Assembly (NCBI GenBank): GCA_020341795.1
Contig: CP070836.1
Location: 765,439 to 827,676, forward strand
DNA from: Thermoplasmatales archaeon
GTDB lineage: Archaea; Thermoplasmatota; E2; DHVEG-1
Length of the DNA: 62,238 nt
Direction: 5' to 3'
The notes below the pieces were generated by a model. The model was not told the DNA's origin, ran no database searches, and was given only the letters and a program-made list of their open reading frames with translations. Made by a program: the position numbers and the translations under genes. This document shows positions 27,390-36,151 of the stretch, one piece after another. How positions within the stretch are numbered: the stretch's first letter is position 1; every line of letters starts with the position of its first letter.

Positions 27390-30300
27390 TTAGCTTTCCC
27401 CTTTTCACATAATGCTGCAATCATTACATTTATCTGATCACTTTTGTAACCTTTCTGTTCAATAGCACTTGATAAGCATGCTGCTGCACATGAACCACAT
27501 CCTTTACAAAGAGCTCTATTGACCTCTGCAAGCATTCTACTTGGATCTTGTGGATGTGGTTTCATTTCAATAGCTGAATAAGCACATGCTGATTCACAAA
27601 GTCCACAACCTCTACAGAGTGCTTCATTTACTTCAGAAACAATTCCCTCTCCTTTCATTTTTTCTTGCGCAATTGGTATTGCTGCACGTGATGCAGCACC
27701 TTCCGCTTGTGCGATTGAATCAACTAAATTTTTTGGATAATGTGCAGCACCGCACATGTAAACGCCTGATGTTGAGAAATCAAGTGGTTTGATTTTTGCA
27801 TGTGTCTCAATGAAAAATCCTGCAGCATCTACGGGGACTTTCAACATATTTTTAAGTTTTTCAGTTGCTGCTCCGCCTTCTGTGTTAACAGTTAAAACCA
27901 ATAAATCAGCAGGTAGAGTCATTTCTTCATTTAATATGTCATCATAAACTTTAACGGATACAGACCCTTTTTTAGGATCTTTTTTATCAAGAATTATACC
28001 TGGTTTTTTATCACCTGGATAACGAATCATTGTAACATGATGCTTCTTAAGCACCTCAGCAAAATACTCTTCTTCTTCTTTACCAAAAACTCTCATATCT
28101 CTATATAGCATGTAGATTTTAGATTTTGGATATTTTTGACTAATTAATTTAGCATTTTTTATTGCAACACCACACCCAACTCTACAACAATAGGGCCGCT
28201 CTTCTTCCATTGCGCCAGCGCAGTTAATCATCACTACATTTTTGGGTTCTTTTAATTTGTTAGCTTTAATTTTTGTTTCAAGTTCTGTTTGTGATATGAT
28301 GTTATCATTTTTCCCATACTCATATTTACCCTTAAGGTCTATTTCTCTGAAGCCTGTTGCAACAATTATTGTTCCGAATTCTATTTCCATTGTTTTGCCT
28401 TTTTGTTTAATTGTTCCCTTGTAGTTACCAATGTACCCTTCAAGTTTGTCAAGTTCTGAGTCAGTCATTACAGTTATGAGCTTGTTCTTTTTGATTTTAT
28501 TAATTATTGGATTTAGAATATCCTCTGTTTTAGTATCAGATGGAAACATTGAATGAAGGTTTGTAAGTCTTCCGCCAAGTTGTTTTTCTTTTTCAACAAT
28601 AATAGATTTAATTCCCATATCTGCAAGTGCAAGAGCTGCTTTCATACCAGATATTCCACCACCAATAATTAACGTGGCAGGATATATCGAAAATTCCTCT
28701 TCAGATAACGCTTCAAGTCCTCTTGCTTTTGCAACTGATGATCTAACAAGTCTAATTGCTTTTTCAGTTGCTGCATCCCAATCATCTGAGTGAACCCATG
28801 AACAATGATTACGAATATTTGCCATTTCAAAAAGATACTTGTTCAATCCTGCTTCCATTAATGTATCCTGGAAAAGTCCTCCATGAGTACGTGGTGAACA
28901 AGCAGCAACAATAATTCTATTAAGTTTTTTCCCTTCTATTGCTTCTTTGATTTTTTTACAGCTATCCTCAGAGCATACAAACATAATATGTTCAGCATGT
29001 TCAACATTTGGAAGTTTCTTTGCCTCCTCAGTTACCTTTTCAACGTCAAGATAGTTTGCAACGTTTTTACCACAATGACAAACATATACACCAATGCGAG
29101 GTTTCTTACCTTTTACATCTTTTTCAGGCGGAAATTCCTTACCTATATGTCTTTCACGATCCTTTATAGGTGCAACTGCCTTTGCAGCAGCTCCACTAGC
29201 CATTGATACACTATCAGGTATATCCTTTGGTCCCTGAATACAACCTGCTAGAAAAACACCTTCACGTGTTGATTGAATCGGATCGGTAAGTAGCTCTTGT
29301 TGTTTGAAAAAACCATTTTCATCAACTTCAATTCCAAGTGCTTCCCCTAGTCTTTTATTTTCCTCATTTGGTTTTATAGCAGTTGATAAAACAAGCATTT
29401 CCACTGTGTCTTCTTTTATCTCTCCAGTTAGAGTATCTTTATACTTAATGGTAAGACTTTTATCTTTATTTTCATAAACAGATGAAGGTCTTCCTCGTAT
29501 GTATTTAACTCCTAAGTCTTTTGCATGATCATAATACTGCTGGAAATCTTTACCATACGCGCGTATATCCATATAATAGATAGTAATATCTATATCAGGA
29601 TTTGCCTCTTTAGCAATTGAGGCTTCTTTTGTTGCGTACATGCAGCAAACTCGTGAACAATATGGAAATCCTAGTTGTTCACTACGTGACCCTACACATT
29701 GAATCCAACCGATGCTCTTTGGTATTTTAGCATCAGACAGGCGTTTTACTTTTCCCTCGGTTGGGCCAAATGATGAAAGAAGTCGTTCGAATTGTAGAGC
29801 AGTAATTACATTATCATATTTACCATATCCATATTCTTTTCTCATCTCGGTTGGTTCAAATACTTCAAAACCAGTTGCAAGTATTACACTTCCAACGTTT
29901 ACCTCTATTTCCTCTGATTTCTCTAAAAAGGATATAGCTTCTGGTTCGCATACCCGATCACATGAGCCACAACCAATACAAGCGTCATAATCAATTGTAT
30001 AAACAATTGGTACTGCCTGTGGAAACTCTATATAGATGGCTTTTCTTGTTGAAAGTTTTTCATCAAAAGGATTAACTATTTCAACTGGGCATACTTCAGC
30101 GCAGTCATCACATCCTGTACATTTATCTGGATCAACATATTTACTTTTTCGCCAAATTTGTGCTTTGAATTTTCCAGGTTTTCCTTGAAGGTTGTTTATA
30201 CCTGCATATGTTATAAGTTCAATGTTTGGATGACGTGAAAGTTCTACCATTTTTGGTGCAGCGGTACAAATTGAGCAATCATTAGTTGGAAATGTTTTAT

Positions 30301-30631
30301 CTAGTTTCACCATCGCTCCACCAATAGTTGATGTTTTATCTATAATAACGACTTTATATCCTTTATCAGCAGTATCAAGTGCTGCTTGCATTCCTGAAAT
30401 TCCTGCTCCAACAACAAGTACATCAGCGTTAATTACGCGTTTTTTTATTTTTTCTGCTCTTTGTGTAACTGTTTGAATTGTACTTTCTAGTTGTGGTGCA
30501 TCTTTGTTTTCAATTATTTCCTCTGGTTCTTCGTAGAAATAATCATCTTCTAACGGAATACCAAGATCATGGTCTTTTTTCTTATCGTAAGTCTTTAAGG
30601 GCATTTTTTCCTGCCTCAAAACCTCTTTCAA
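27386..30631 (-). CDS. hdrA: Single-chain tandem HdrA (two HdrA-type flavin modules, 1081 aa)
   Basis: Module 1 (about aa 66-490): VVGAGISGMQAAL, TFPTNDCSIC, inserted ferredoxin motifs, WIQCVGSR and YCSRVCCMY. Module 2 (about aa 510-1081): HdrA N-terminal Cys domain (YVCHCG...AACSPR...RNHCSWVH), IIGGGISGMKAAL and a C-terminal ferredoxin domain. The 5' end overlaps korC by 50 nt, or 23 nt if the second ATG is used. Confidence 0.85.
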   Translation of the reverse strand: MKEVLRQEKMPLKTYDKKKDHDLGIPLEDDYFYEEPEEIIENKDAPQLESTIQTVTQRAEKIKKRVINADVLVVGAGISGMQAALDTADKGYKVVIIDKTSTIGGAMVKLDKTFPTNDCSICTAAPKMVELSRHPNIELITYAGINNLQGKPGKFKAQIWRKSKYVDPDKCTGCDDCAEVCPVEIVNPFDEKLSTRKAIYIEFPQAVPIVYTIDYDACIGCGSCDRVCEPEAISFLEKSEEIEVNVGSVILATGFEVFEPTEMRKEYGYGKYDNVITALQFERLLSSFGPTEGKVKRLSDAKIPKSIGWIQCVGSRSEQLGFPYCSRVCCMYATKEASIAKEANPDIDITIYYMDIRAYGKDFQQYYDHAKDLGVKYIRGRPSSVYENKDKSLTIKYKDTLTGEIKEDTVEMLVLSTAIKPNEENKRLGEALGIEVDENGFFKQQELLTDPIQSTREGVFLAGCIQGPKDIPDSVSMASGAAAKAVAPIKDRERHIGKEFPPEKDVKGKKPRIGVYVCHCGKNVANYLDVEKVTEEAKKLPNVEHAEHIMFVCSEDSCKKIKEAIEGKKLNRIIVAACSPRTHGGLFQDTLMEAGLNKYLFEMANIRNHCSWVHSDDWDAATEKAIRLVRSSVAKARGLEALSEEEFSIYPATLIIGGGISGMKAALALADMGIKSIIVEKEKQLGGRLTNLHSMFPSDTKTEDILNPIINKIKKNKLITVMTDSELDKLEGYIGNYKGTIKQKGKTMEIEFGTIIVATGFREIDLKGKYEYGKNDNIISQTELETKIKANKLKEPKNVVMINCAGAMEEERPYCCRVGCGVAIKNAKLISQKYPKSKIYMLYRDMRVFGKEEEEYFAEVLKKHHVTMIRYPGDKKPGIILDKKDPKKGSVSVKVYDDILNEEMTLPADLLVLTVNTEGGAATEKLKNMLKVPVDAAGFFIETHAKIKPLDFSTSGVYMCGAAHYPKNLVDSIAQAEGAASRAAIPIAQEKMKGEGIVSEVNEALCRGCGLCESACAYSAIEMKPHPQDPSRMLAEVNRALCKGCGSCAAACLSSAIEQKGYKSDQINVMIAALCEKGKAK

Positions 30632-31127
30632 ATGCTTTTATATTCAACTCTGTGAACCTTTTTGGAACACTATCAATAACTGATTCTTTTACTGCTTCTG
30701 GTTTTAACAATCCTGAAATACTTGTGAAAGCCCCAACCATAACAATATTTGTTACAATTTTATTCCCAAGTTCTTCTGCAATTTTAAGAGCTTGTACTTT
30801 ATATAGAGGCCGTCCGATTTCATGTTTTTTTACAAGATCGGGATCTACAACAATAACTGTATCATCGCGTATATCATCTCTATAGCTATCAAATGATTCT
30901 TGAGACATAGCTAACAAGATATCAACGCTTAATGGTCTAGGATAACCGATTTTTTTATCAGAAATAATGATTTCTGATCTTGCAGCCCCACCGCGCGCCT
31001 CAGGACCATATGATTGGCTCTGTACAGCATGATAGTTTTCAAATACAGATGCAGCTTTGCCAATGATGAAGCCTGCAAGGATTACTCCTTGTCCACCGAA
31101 ACCACAGATTCGTATTTCTTTTTTCAT
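30582..31127 (-). CDS. korC: 2-oxoglutarate:ferredoxin oxidoreductase gamma subunit
   Basis: GFGGQGVILAG...GPEARGG motif typical of OFOR gamma subunits; 181 aa. Confidence 0.8.
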   Translation of the reverse strand: MKKEIRICGFGGQGVILAGFIIGKAASVFENYHAVQSQSYGPEARGGAARSEIIISDKKIGYPRPLSVDILLAMSQESFDSYRDDIRDDTVIVVDPDLVKKHEIGRPLYKVQALKIAEELGNKIVTNIVMVGAFTSISGLLKPEAVKESVIDSVPKRFTELNIKAFERGFEAGKNALKDLR

Positions 31128-32005
31128 TTTTTACCCTCTCTTTTTTTATTTTCTTCTACCTTTAGACGTTCCATAAGTTGATCATATAGCTCAAAGAAAC
31201 CAGGTTTCTGGATATCCTGGAAAACTCCAATTTGCATCTTGTCTTTAACTTCTTCTTTTTCTTTTACAGATCCGTATTTCATAATTTTATCGTAATCTTC
31301 TATAAGAATAGTGTTGTCATCATACCACGCCCAATGTTTTTTGATATCTCCAAGTTTATTTCTTCGGCCATATGCAGTTGGGCATGGTGCCAGAAATTCT
31401 AAAAGTGAGAAACCCTTCTTTTGTAGTCCTTCTTTGATAGATTTAATTGGCTGATAGGGATGAGAAACAGGCCAGCGTGCTACATAGTTTGCACCTAGTG
31501 CTTTTGCTAGTTCACAAATATCAAATGGATGTTCGATATTTCCATATGGTGCAGTAGTTGCAATACTTCCAAGAGGTGCTGTTGGTGCTAACTGACCTCC
31601 AGTCATACCATAAATAAAGTTGTTAATCATAATAACAGTCATATCTATATTACGTCGCGCTGCATGAATAAAGTGATTACCACCAATACCTGCACAATCA
31701 CCATCTCCAGTGAAAACAATAACGTTGAAATCTGGATCTGCTGCTTTTATACCTGTTGCAAATGCGATTGCTCGTCCATGTGTTGTATGTAGACCATCAG
31801 CATTTATGTATCCGGGTAGGCGGGATGAACACCCGATACCTGAGGCAAACATTGTTTTATCCATATCCCATCCTAATTCTTCTAATGCCCAAAAGGTATA
31901 TTCAAGGACTACTCCATGACCACAGCCATTACAAAATATGGTAGGCCACATGCCTTCTCTGAGGAATTTTTTATTTAATTCTTCTGCTGTTTTTACTTCT
32001 ACCAT
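31124..32005 (-). CDS. korB: 2-oxoglutarate:ferredoxin oxidoreductase beta subunit (TPP-binding)
   Basis: FCNGCGHG and GDGDCAGIGGNH TPP motifs. The start is trimmed to the ATG at 32005 (MVEVKT), one nt after the korA stop. The longer track ORF would overlap korA by 125 nt. Confidence 0.8.
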   Translation of the reverse strand: MVEVKTAEELNKKFLREGMWPTIFCNGCGHGVVLEYTFWALEELGWDMDKTMFASGIGCSSRLPGYINADGLHTTHGRAIAFATGIKAADPDFNVIVFTGDGDCAGIGGNHFIHAARRNIDMTVIMINNFIYGMTGGQLAPTAPLGSIATTAPYGNIEHPFDICELAKALGANYVARWPVSHPYQPIKSIKEGLQKKGFSLLEFLAPCPTAYGRRNKLGDIKKHWAWYDDNTILIEDYDKIMKYGSVKEKEEVKDKMQIGVFQDIQKPGFFELYDQLMERLKVEENKKREGKK

Positions 32006-32006
32006 T

Positions 32007-33191
32007 TTATTTCGCCTCCAAGTATTTATAGACCTCATCAGGATAGTGTATTTCACCACCGATTTTTGGTGCACATATAACTTCACAATTACCATTAGCA
32101 GCTTCACGAATAGGGTGAACCATCTGTCCAAGGTTCATCTCTGGTACAATTATTTTGTCTACCTGTTTCGCCAATTTGTGTACTTCTTTTTCTGGGACTG
32201 GCCAGACTATTTTCAATCTAAGCATACCAACTTTGATACCGTTTTTTCTACCCATTTCCATTGCTGATTCTGTTGGTCGCGCAGAGGCTCCATATGTGAC
32301 GAAAGCGATCTCTGCATCATCCAGATTAAATTTTTCAACACTGACAAGTTTATCTGCGTCATCAATGATTTTTTCAGTAATTCTTTTTACAAGCCTTTCA
32401 TGATCTGGTTGTTTATCTGTTGCGGGAAAACCTTTTTCGTTATGTGTCAGTCCTGTTACATAAGTTCTATATCCTGTTCCAAAAGTGGGAAAATCAGGCA
32501 CTTTACAATTTTTCCTTGTTTGTGAGTTCGTAAACGGGATAAATTTCTTTTTGTCAATAGTGGCTTCAACTCGGTCAATAAGTTTTAGATCCTTTTCTTC
32601 TGGAATAATAATCCTTTCTCTAAGATGACCTACTTCCCCATCAGTCATTACAAGTGCGGGATTACGGTATTTTTCTGATAGATTGAAAGCTTCTATAGTG
32701 AAATCCATACATTCCTGTACAGTACTTGGAGCAAAAGCTATTGCCTCGAAATCTCCATGTGTTCCCCATCGAGCTTGCATCATATCCCCTTGTGCACCAA
32801 GAGTTGGTTGACCAGTTGAAGGTCCAGTTCTTTGGACATTAACTATAACACATGGTGTTTCGGTCATTGCTGCAAATCCATAGTTTTCCATCATTAGTGA
32901 AAATCCTGGACCTGATGTTGCAGTCATTGATTTTGCACCACCCCATGCTGCACCAATTACTGCAGCGATGCTTCCAATTTCATCTTCCATTTGGATATAT
33001 GTCCCCCCAACTCGTGGTAGTCTTCGAGCCATACCTTCAGCAACTTCAGAAGCAGGAGTTATTGGATATCCTCCAAAAAATGAGCATCCTGCTAGTAATC
33101 CACCATAGACACAAGCCATATCTCCAAGTATAAATTGGACTTTTTTTCCTAAAACTTGACGTATCCGTTTAGGATCTCGTTTGTATTTCAT
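32007..33191 (-). CDS. korA: 2-oxoglutarate:ferredoxin oxidoreductase alpha subunit
   Basis: 394 aa; GYPITPASE and TSGPGFSLM motifs typical of OFOR alpha subunits. Confidence 0.8.
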   Translation of the reverse strand: MKYKRDPKRIRQVLGKKVQFILGDMACVYGGLLAGCSFFGGYPITPASEVAEGMARRLPRVGGTYIQMEDEIGSIAAVIGAAWGGAKSMTATSGPGFSLMMENYGFAAMTETPCVIVNVQRTGPSTGQPTLGAQGDMMQARWGTHGDFEAIAFAPSTVQECMDFTIEAFNLSEKYRNPALVMTDGEVGHLRERIIIPEEKDLKLIDRVEATIDKKKFIPFTNSQTRKNCKVPDFPTFGTGYRTYVTGLTHNEKGFPATDKQPDHERLVKRITEKIIDDADKLVSVEKFNLDDAEIAFVTYGASARPTESAMEMGRKNGIKVGMLRLKIVWPVPEKEVHKLAKQVDKIIVPEMNLGQMVHPIREAANGNCEVICAPKIGGEIHYPDEVYKYLEAK

Positions 33192-33448
33192 TTTTTAATT
33201 CCTCCTACAGGACTTAGTAGGGTTTTTTTCTCAACTTTTTTAATATCTTCATCTGGGATAACAGATATTGCTAGATCTGGACATATGAGTTCGCAGTATC
33301 TGCAATAATTACATTCATTTTCTTTTTTCAATTGAGGGGGTCGAATTCCTCTTTTGTTTAATTTATCTGACTCTTCTAAAGCATCGACTGGACATCGGTC
33401 GATGCAGATGTTGCATCCTTTGCACCAGTCGTCTTTTACTTCAATCAT
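33188..33448 (-). CDS. korD: 2-oxoacid:ferredoxin oxidoreductase delta subunit (2x[4Fe-4S] ferredoxin)
   Basis: CKGCNICIDRCP and CNYCRYCELICP motifs. The preferred start is the ATG at 33448, preceded by GGTGA. The alternative ATG at 33475 would overlap the upstream gene. Confidence 0.75.
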   Translation of the reverse strand: MIEVKDDWCKGCNICIDRCPVDALEESDKLNKRGIRPPQLKKENECNYCRYCELICPDLAISVIPDEDIKKVEKKTLLSPVGGIKK

Positions 33449-33461
33449 TAATTCACCATTT

Positions 33462-35108
33462 TTAGAATATATCAAGGGCTCGAGAAATTGTCATTTCACC
33501 TCTGTATTCCGGTAGAATAATTGGTGCTGTTTTTGTTGGTTTAATTTTCGCTTGTTCGAGCATTTTATTATATTTGTCAAGGTGAGAAAGTGTGAGTTTT
33601 CCGATCTTTGCTTTTTTAACATATTTTGCTGCATATATTCCTGCTCTTCGGCCAAATACGTTGAAATCTAAAAGTGAATTACCCATTAGTCTGTTTTTTC
33701 CATGAACTCCACCTGTAACTTCACCGGCTCCAAATAAACCAGGTAGTTTTGTTTCAGTTTTTTCATTGATTTCTACTCCACCATTTTGATAATGAAGTGT
33801 TGGATAAACAAGAATTGGTATTTTTGTCATATCTATTCCAAATCGCTTGAATTTTCGTACTTCTCCTGCAAGCTTTGACTCTATTGTTCCTTCACCATGT
33901 AATATTTCAATCATAGGGGTATCAAGCCATACACCTGGCATACCTGTAGGTGTTACAATACCACGTCCTTCTTTGCATTCTTTAATGAAAGATGCAGATT
34001 CAACATCACGAGGCTCTAGTGGAAATACAAATGGATCGCCGTTTTTATTAATCGGTATAGCTCCAAGTCCTCTGATTTTTTCAGTAGAAAGAATTCCAAC
34101 TAAAGGTTCTGGATATGCATCACCAGTAGGATGTATCTGAATTGTATCTAGATCAAGAAGATTTGCTCCAGCATGATATGCCATTACTAAACCATCACCA
34201 GTTGCTCCATAATGATTTGTTGTTGGATAATTTGAAAGATGTAATCGTCCACTGCCACCTGTGGCAAGAATTGTAGCTTTGGCACGAATAACATAATATT
34301 CAAATGTTTCAAGGTTGAATGCAACACCACCAGCGACTTGGCCTTTATCATCCATAATTAGCTCTGCTACAGGGCAGAATTCTAAAACAGGAATCTCCAA
34401 GTTTCTAGACTCGTCACGGATGTTTCTCATAATCTCCATACCTGAATAATCCTTACAGCTATGCATACGATTACGACAAGTTCCACCACCAGATAATTCC
34501 TGGAACTCACCATCTTCATGACGATCATACATAACTCCTAAGTCTTCATGCCATTTGATAATACCAGGTGCATCAAGTGCAAGAGCACGAGCAAGCTCTG
34601 GTTTATTTGTAAAATGTCCTCCTCCATAAATATCTAAATAATGCAAAGTTGGATTATCCTCTGGTCGATCAGCTGCTTGAATGCCACCTTGTGCCATCAT
34701 ACTATTTGCATCACCATGTCGCAGTTTTGTAACAATCAAAATCTTATCAAGTGGAACACCAGATTCATATGCAAAAAGGGCTGCAACAGTACCTGCACCG
34801 CCTCCCCCAATTATTAAGAGGTCAACCTCATAATCAATCTTACTAAGATCAACATCTTTAGTATCAAGAACAGGTTTTGCTTCAAGAAGATCAACAAGAC
34901 CGTTATACAGCAATTTGTCTTTATCAATACCAACTCGTAGTTTTCTTTTAGTTCCAACCATGTAATCTGGATGATATTTACTCAGCATTTTTTCTCGATC
35001 TTTAAGTGACATTGGTTTAACTGGTTCGGCCATATTTTTTTCTCGTTTCTTTTCAACTAGTTTTATTGATTTCATCATGTATTCAGGGTAACCTTCTATT
35101 GTTTTCAT
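33462..35108 (-). CDS. Fumarate reductase/succinate dehydrogenase-family flavoprotein (soluble type)
   Basis: LIIGGGGAG dinucleotide fold, MAQGGIQ, IQIHPTG...STEKIRGLG and GLFGAGEVTGGVHGKNRLMGNSLLD. The position of the covalent-FAD His (SHT/SHS in SdhA) reads ANS. There is a roughly 95-aa N-terminal extension. Confidence 0.7.
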   Translation of the reverse strand: MKTIEGYPEYMMKSIKLVEKKREKNMAEPVKPMSLKDREKMLSKYHPDYMVGTKRKLRVGIDKDKLLYNGLVDLLEAKPVLDTKDVDLSKIDYEVDLLIIGGGGAGTVAALFAYESGVPLDKILIVTKLRHGDANSMMAQGGIQAADRPEDNPTLHYLDIYGGGHFTNKPELARALALDAPGIIKWHEDLGVMYDRHEDGEFQELSGGGTCRNRMHSCKDYSGMEIMRNIRDESRNLEIPVLEFCPVAELIMDDKGQVAGGVAFNLETFEYYVIRAKATILATGGSGRLHLSNYPTTNHYGATGDGLVMAYHAGANLLDLDTIQIHPTGDAYPEPLVGILSTEKIRGLGAIPINKNGDPFVFPLEPRDVESASFIKECKEGRGIVTPTGMPGVWLDTPMIEILHGEGTIESKLAGEVRKFKRFGIDMTKIPILVYPTLHYQNGGVEINEKTETKLPGLFGAGEVTGGVHGKNRLMGNSLLDFNVFGRRAGIYAAKYVKKAKIGKLTLSHLDKYNKMLEQAKIKPTKTAPIILPEYRGEMTISRALDIF

Positions 35109-35864
35109 TTAACTACCTCCTTCTTCAGCTTCGATTTTTCTATTTTTGTATAGCTCTTTGATTTCTTGTTTGTTCATTTTAATCATTTTTTCTATTTCTG
35201 AATCATATTTTCTGTTCTCGATTTCTTTTATTCGTTTTGAAAGATTTTTTGACCGTGTATCTATATATTTACCACGAAGTCGTCGGGCTAGTTGTGATAC
35301 ATGATAATGTTTAATATCTGCAGGGCATCTCATTGCACAAAGACCACATTGAATACAGTCAAAGGAGATTTCTGCGCATTTTTCTATGTCTCCTCGAATT
35401 GCTCTTTGGATATATTTCATAACCTCAATATCTTGAGGGCAAGATTTTGAACAAGTATTACAACTAACACACCTGGCTATTTCAGGGTAATACTCAAGTA
35501 TTTTACTTTCTGAAGGTCTTATTTTTTCAATATCATATTCAGCTTTAGCGGCAGGGACAAAAGGAAGTTGAACCAGGTACATTTTATCTTCTACAACTTT
35601 TTGGCAGGCAAGATCAAATCCTAATTTTTGTTCATCTTCAAGTCTATAAATTGTTGAACAAGCACCACAAAAGCCAGCTCTACATCCGCATCCTCTGATA
35701 TATCTGTATCCTGCGTATTCTAAGGCCTTCATTATTGTAAGACCTGCAGGAACTTTGTAGCTTTTTCCCATTATAAAAACTTCTAGAGTTCCAGCTTTTT
35801 TTTCTACATCTTCTGCTTTTTTAACTTCAGGTTCTTCTAATATGACCTGTTCTTTTTTACTCAT
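35109..35864 (-). CDS. Fumarate reductase/succinate dehydrogenase-type iron-sulfur subunit
   Basis: CGCRAGFCGAC ([2Fe-2S]-type), plus CVSCNTCSKSCP and CIQCGLCAMRCP. The start is trimmed to the ATG at 35864, preceded by AGGGGT. The stop abuts the start of the flavoprotein gene. Confidence 0.7.
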   Translation of the reverse strand: MSKKEQVILEEPEVKKAEDVEKKAGTLEVFIMGKSYKVPAGLTIMKALEYAGYRYIRGCGCRAGFCGACSTIYRLEDEQKLGFDLACQKVVEDKMYLVQLPFVPAAKAEYDIEKIRPSESKILEYYPEIARCVSCNTCSKSCPQDIEVMKYIQRAIRGDIEKCAEISFDCIQCGLCAMRCPADIKHYHVSQLARRLRGKYIDTRSKNLSKRIKEIENRKYDSEIEKMIKMNKQEIKELYKNRKIEAEEGGS

Positions 35865-36151
35865 TTTATTACCCCTTAAAATGATTAGAAATAGCAATGG
35901 ATTTTGATTTTTTCCTATTGATAGTATCCTCTGTTATTTGCCTTATCAAGAAGGCTCCTCCCAAAGTTATACATATATATATTTAATATATTATAAAGTT
36001 TTTGGAAGAATTCTCATTTTAATAAAAGAAATTTAAAAAAATGTATTTTTGATAATAATTCTAAATAATTTTACTCTTTTTTTTAAAAAAAAGTGTATAA
36101 TTCGTAAAAATGAGAAAAAGATTTATATTGAAAATTCACATTCTTATAATT
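35865..36151. promoter_or_regulatory. Divergent AT-rich intergenic region between the 22-gene minus-strand cluster and the regulator-sucCD unit
   Basis: 288 bp of non-coding sequence. TATA-like AT runs at 35971-36000 (read on the minus strand) lie roughly 110-135 nt upstream of the ATG at 35864. Further A/T-rich boxes precede the plus-strand gene. Confidence 0.3.

Noticed and set aside
11090-30631. Selenocysteine (in-frame TGA) in the hdrA, mvhD, mvhG and mvhA genes, as seen in some methanogens.
   Set aside because: All these ORFs are continuous, with Cys codons at the conserved positions. There are no internal TGA interruptions.
32006-32131. N-terminal 42-codon extension of the korB ORF in the track (start at 32131).
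   Set aside because: The extension overlaps the korA 3' end by 125 nt and encodes hydrophobic, low-quality sequence. The ATG at 32005 gives a typical beta-subunit N-terminus and sits immediately after the korA stop.
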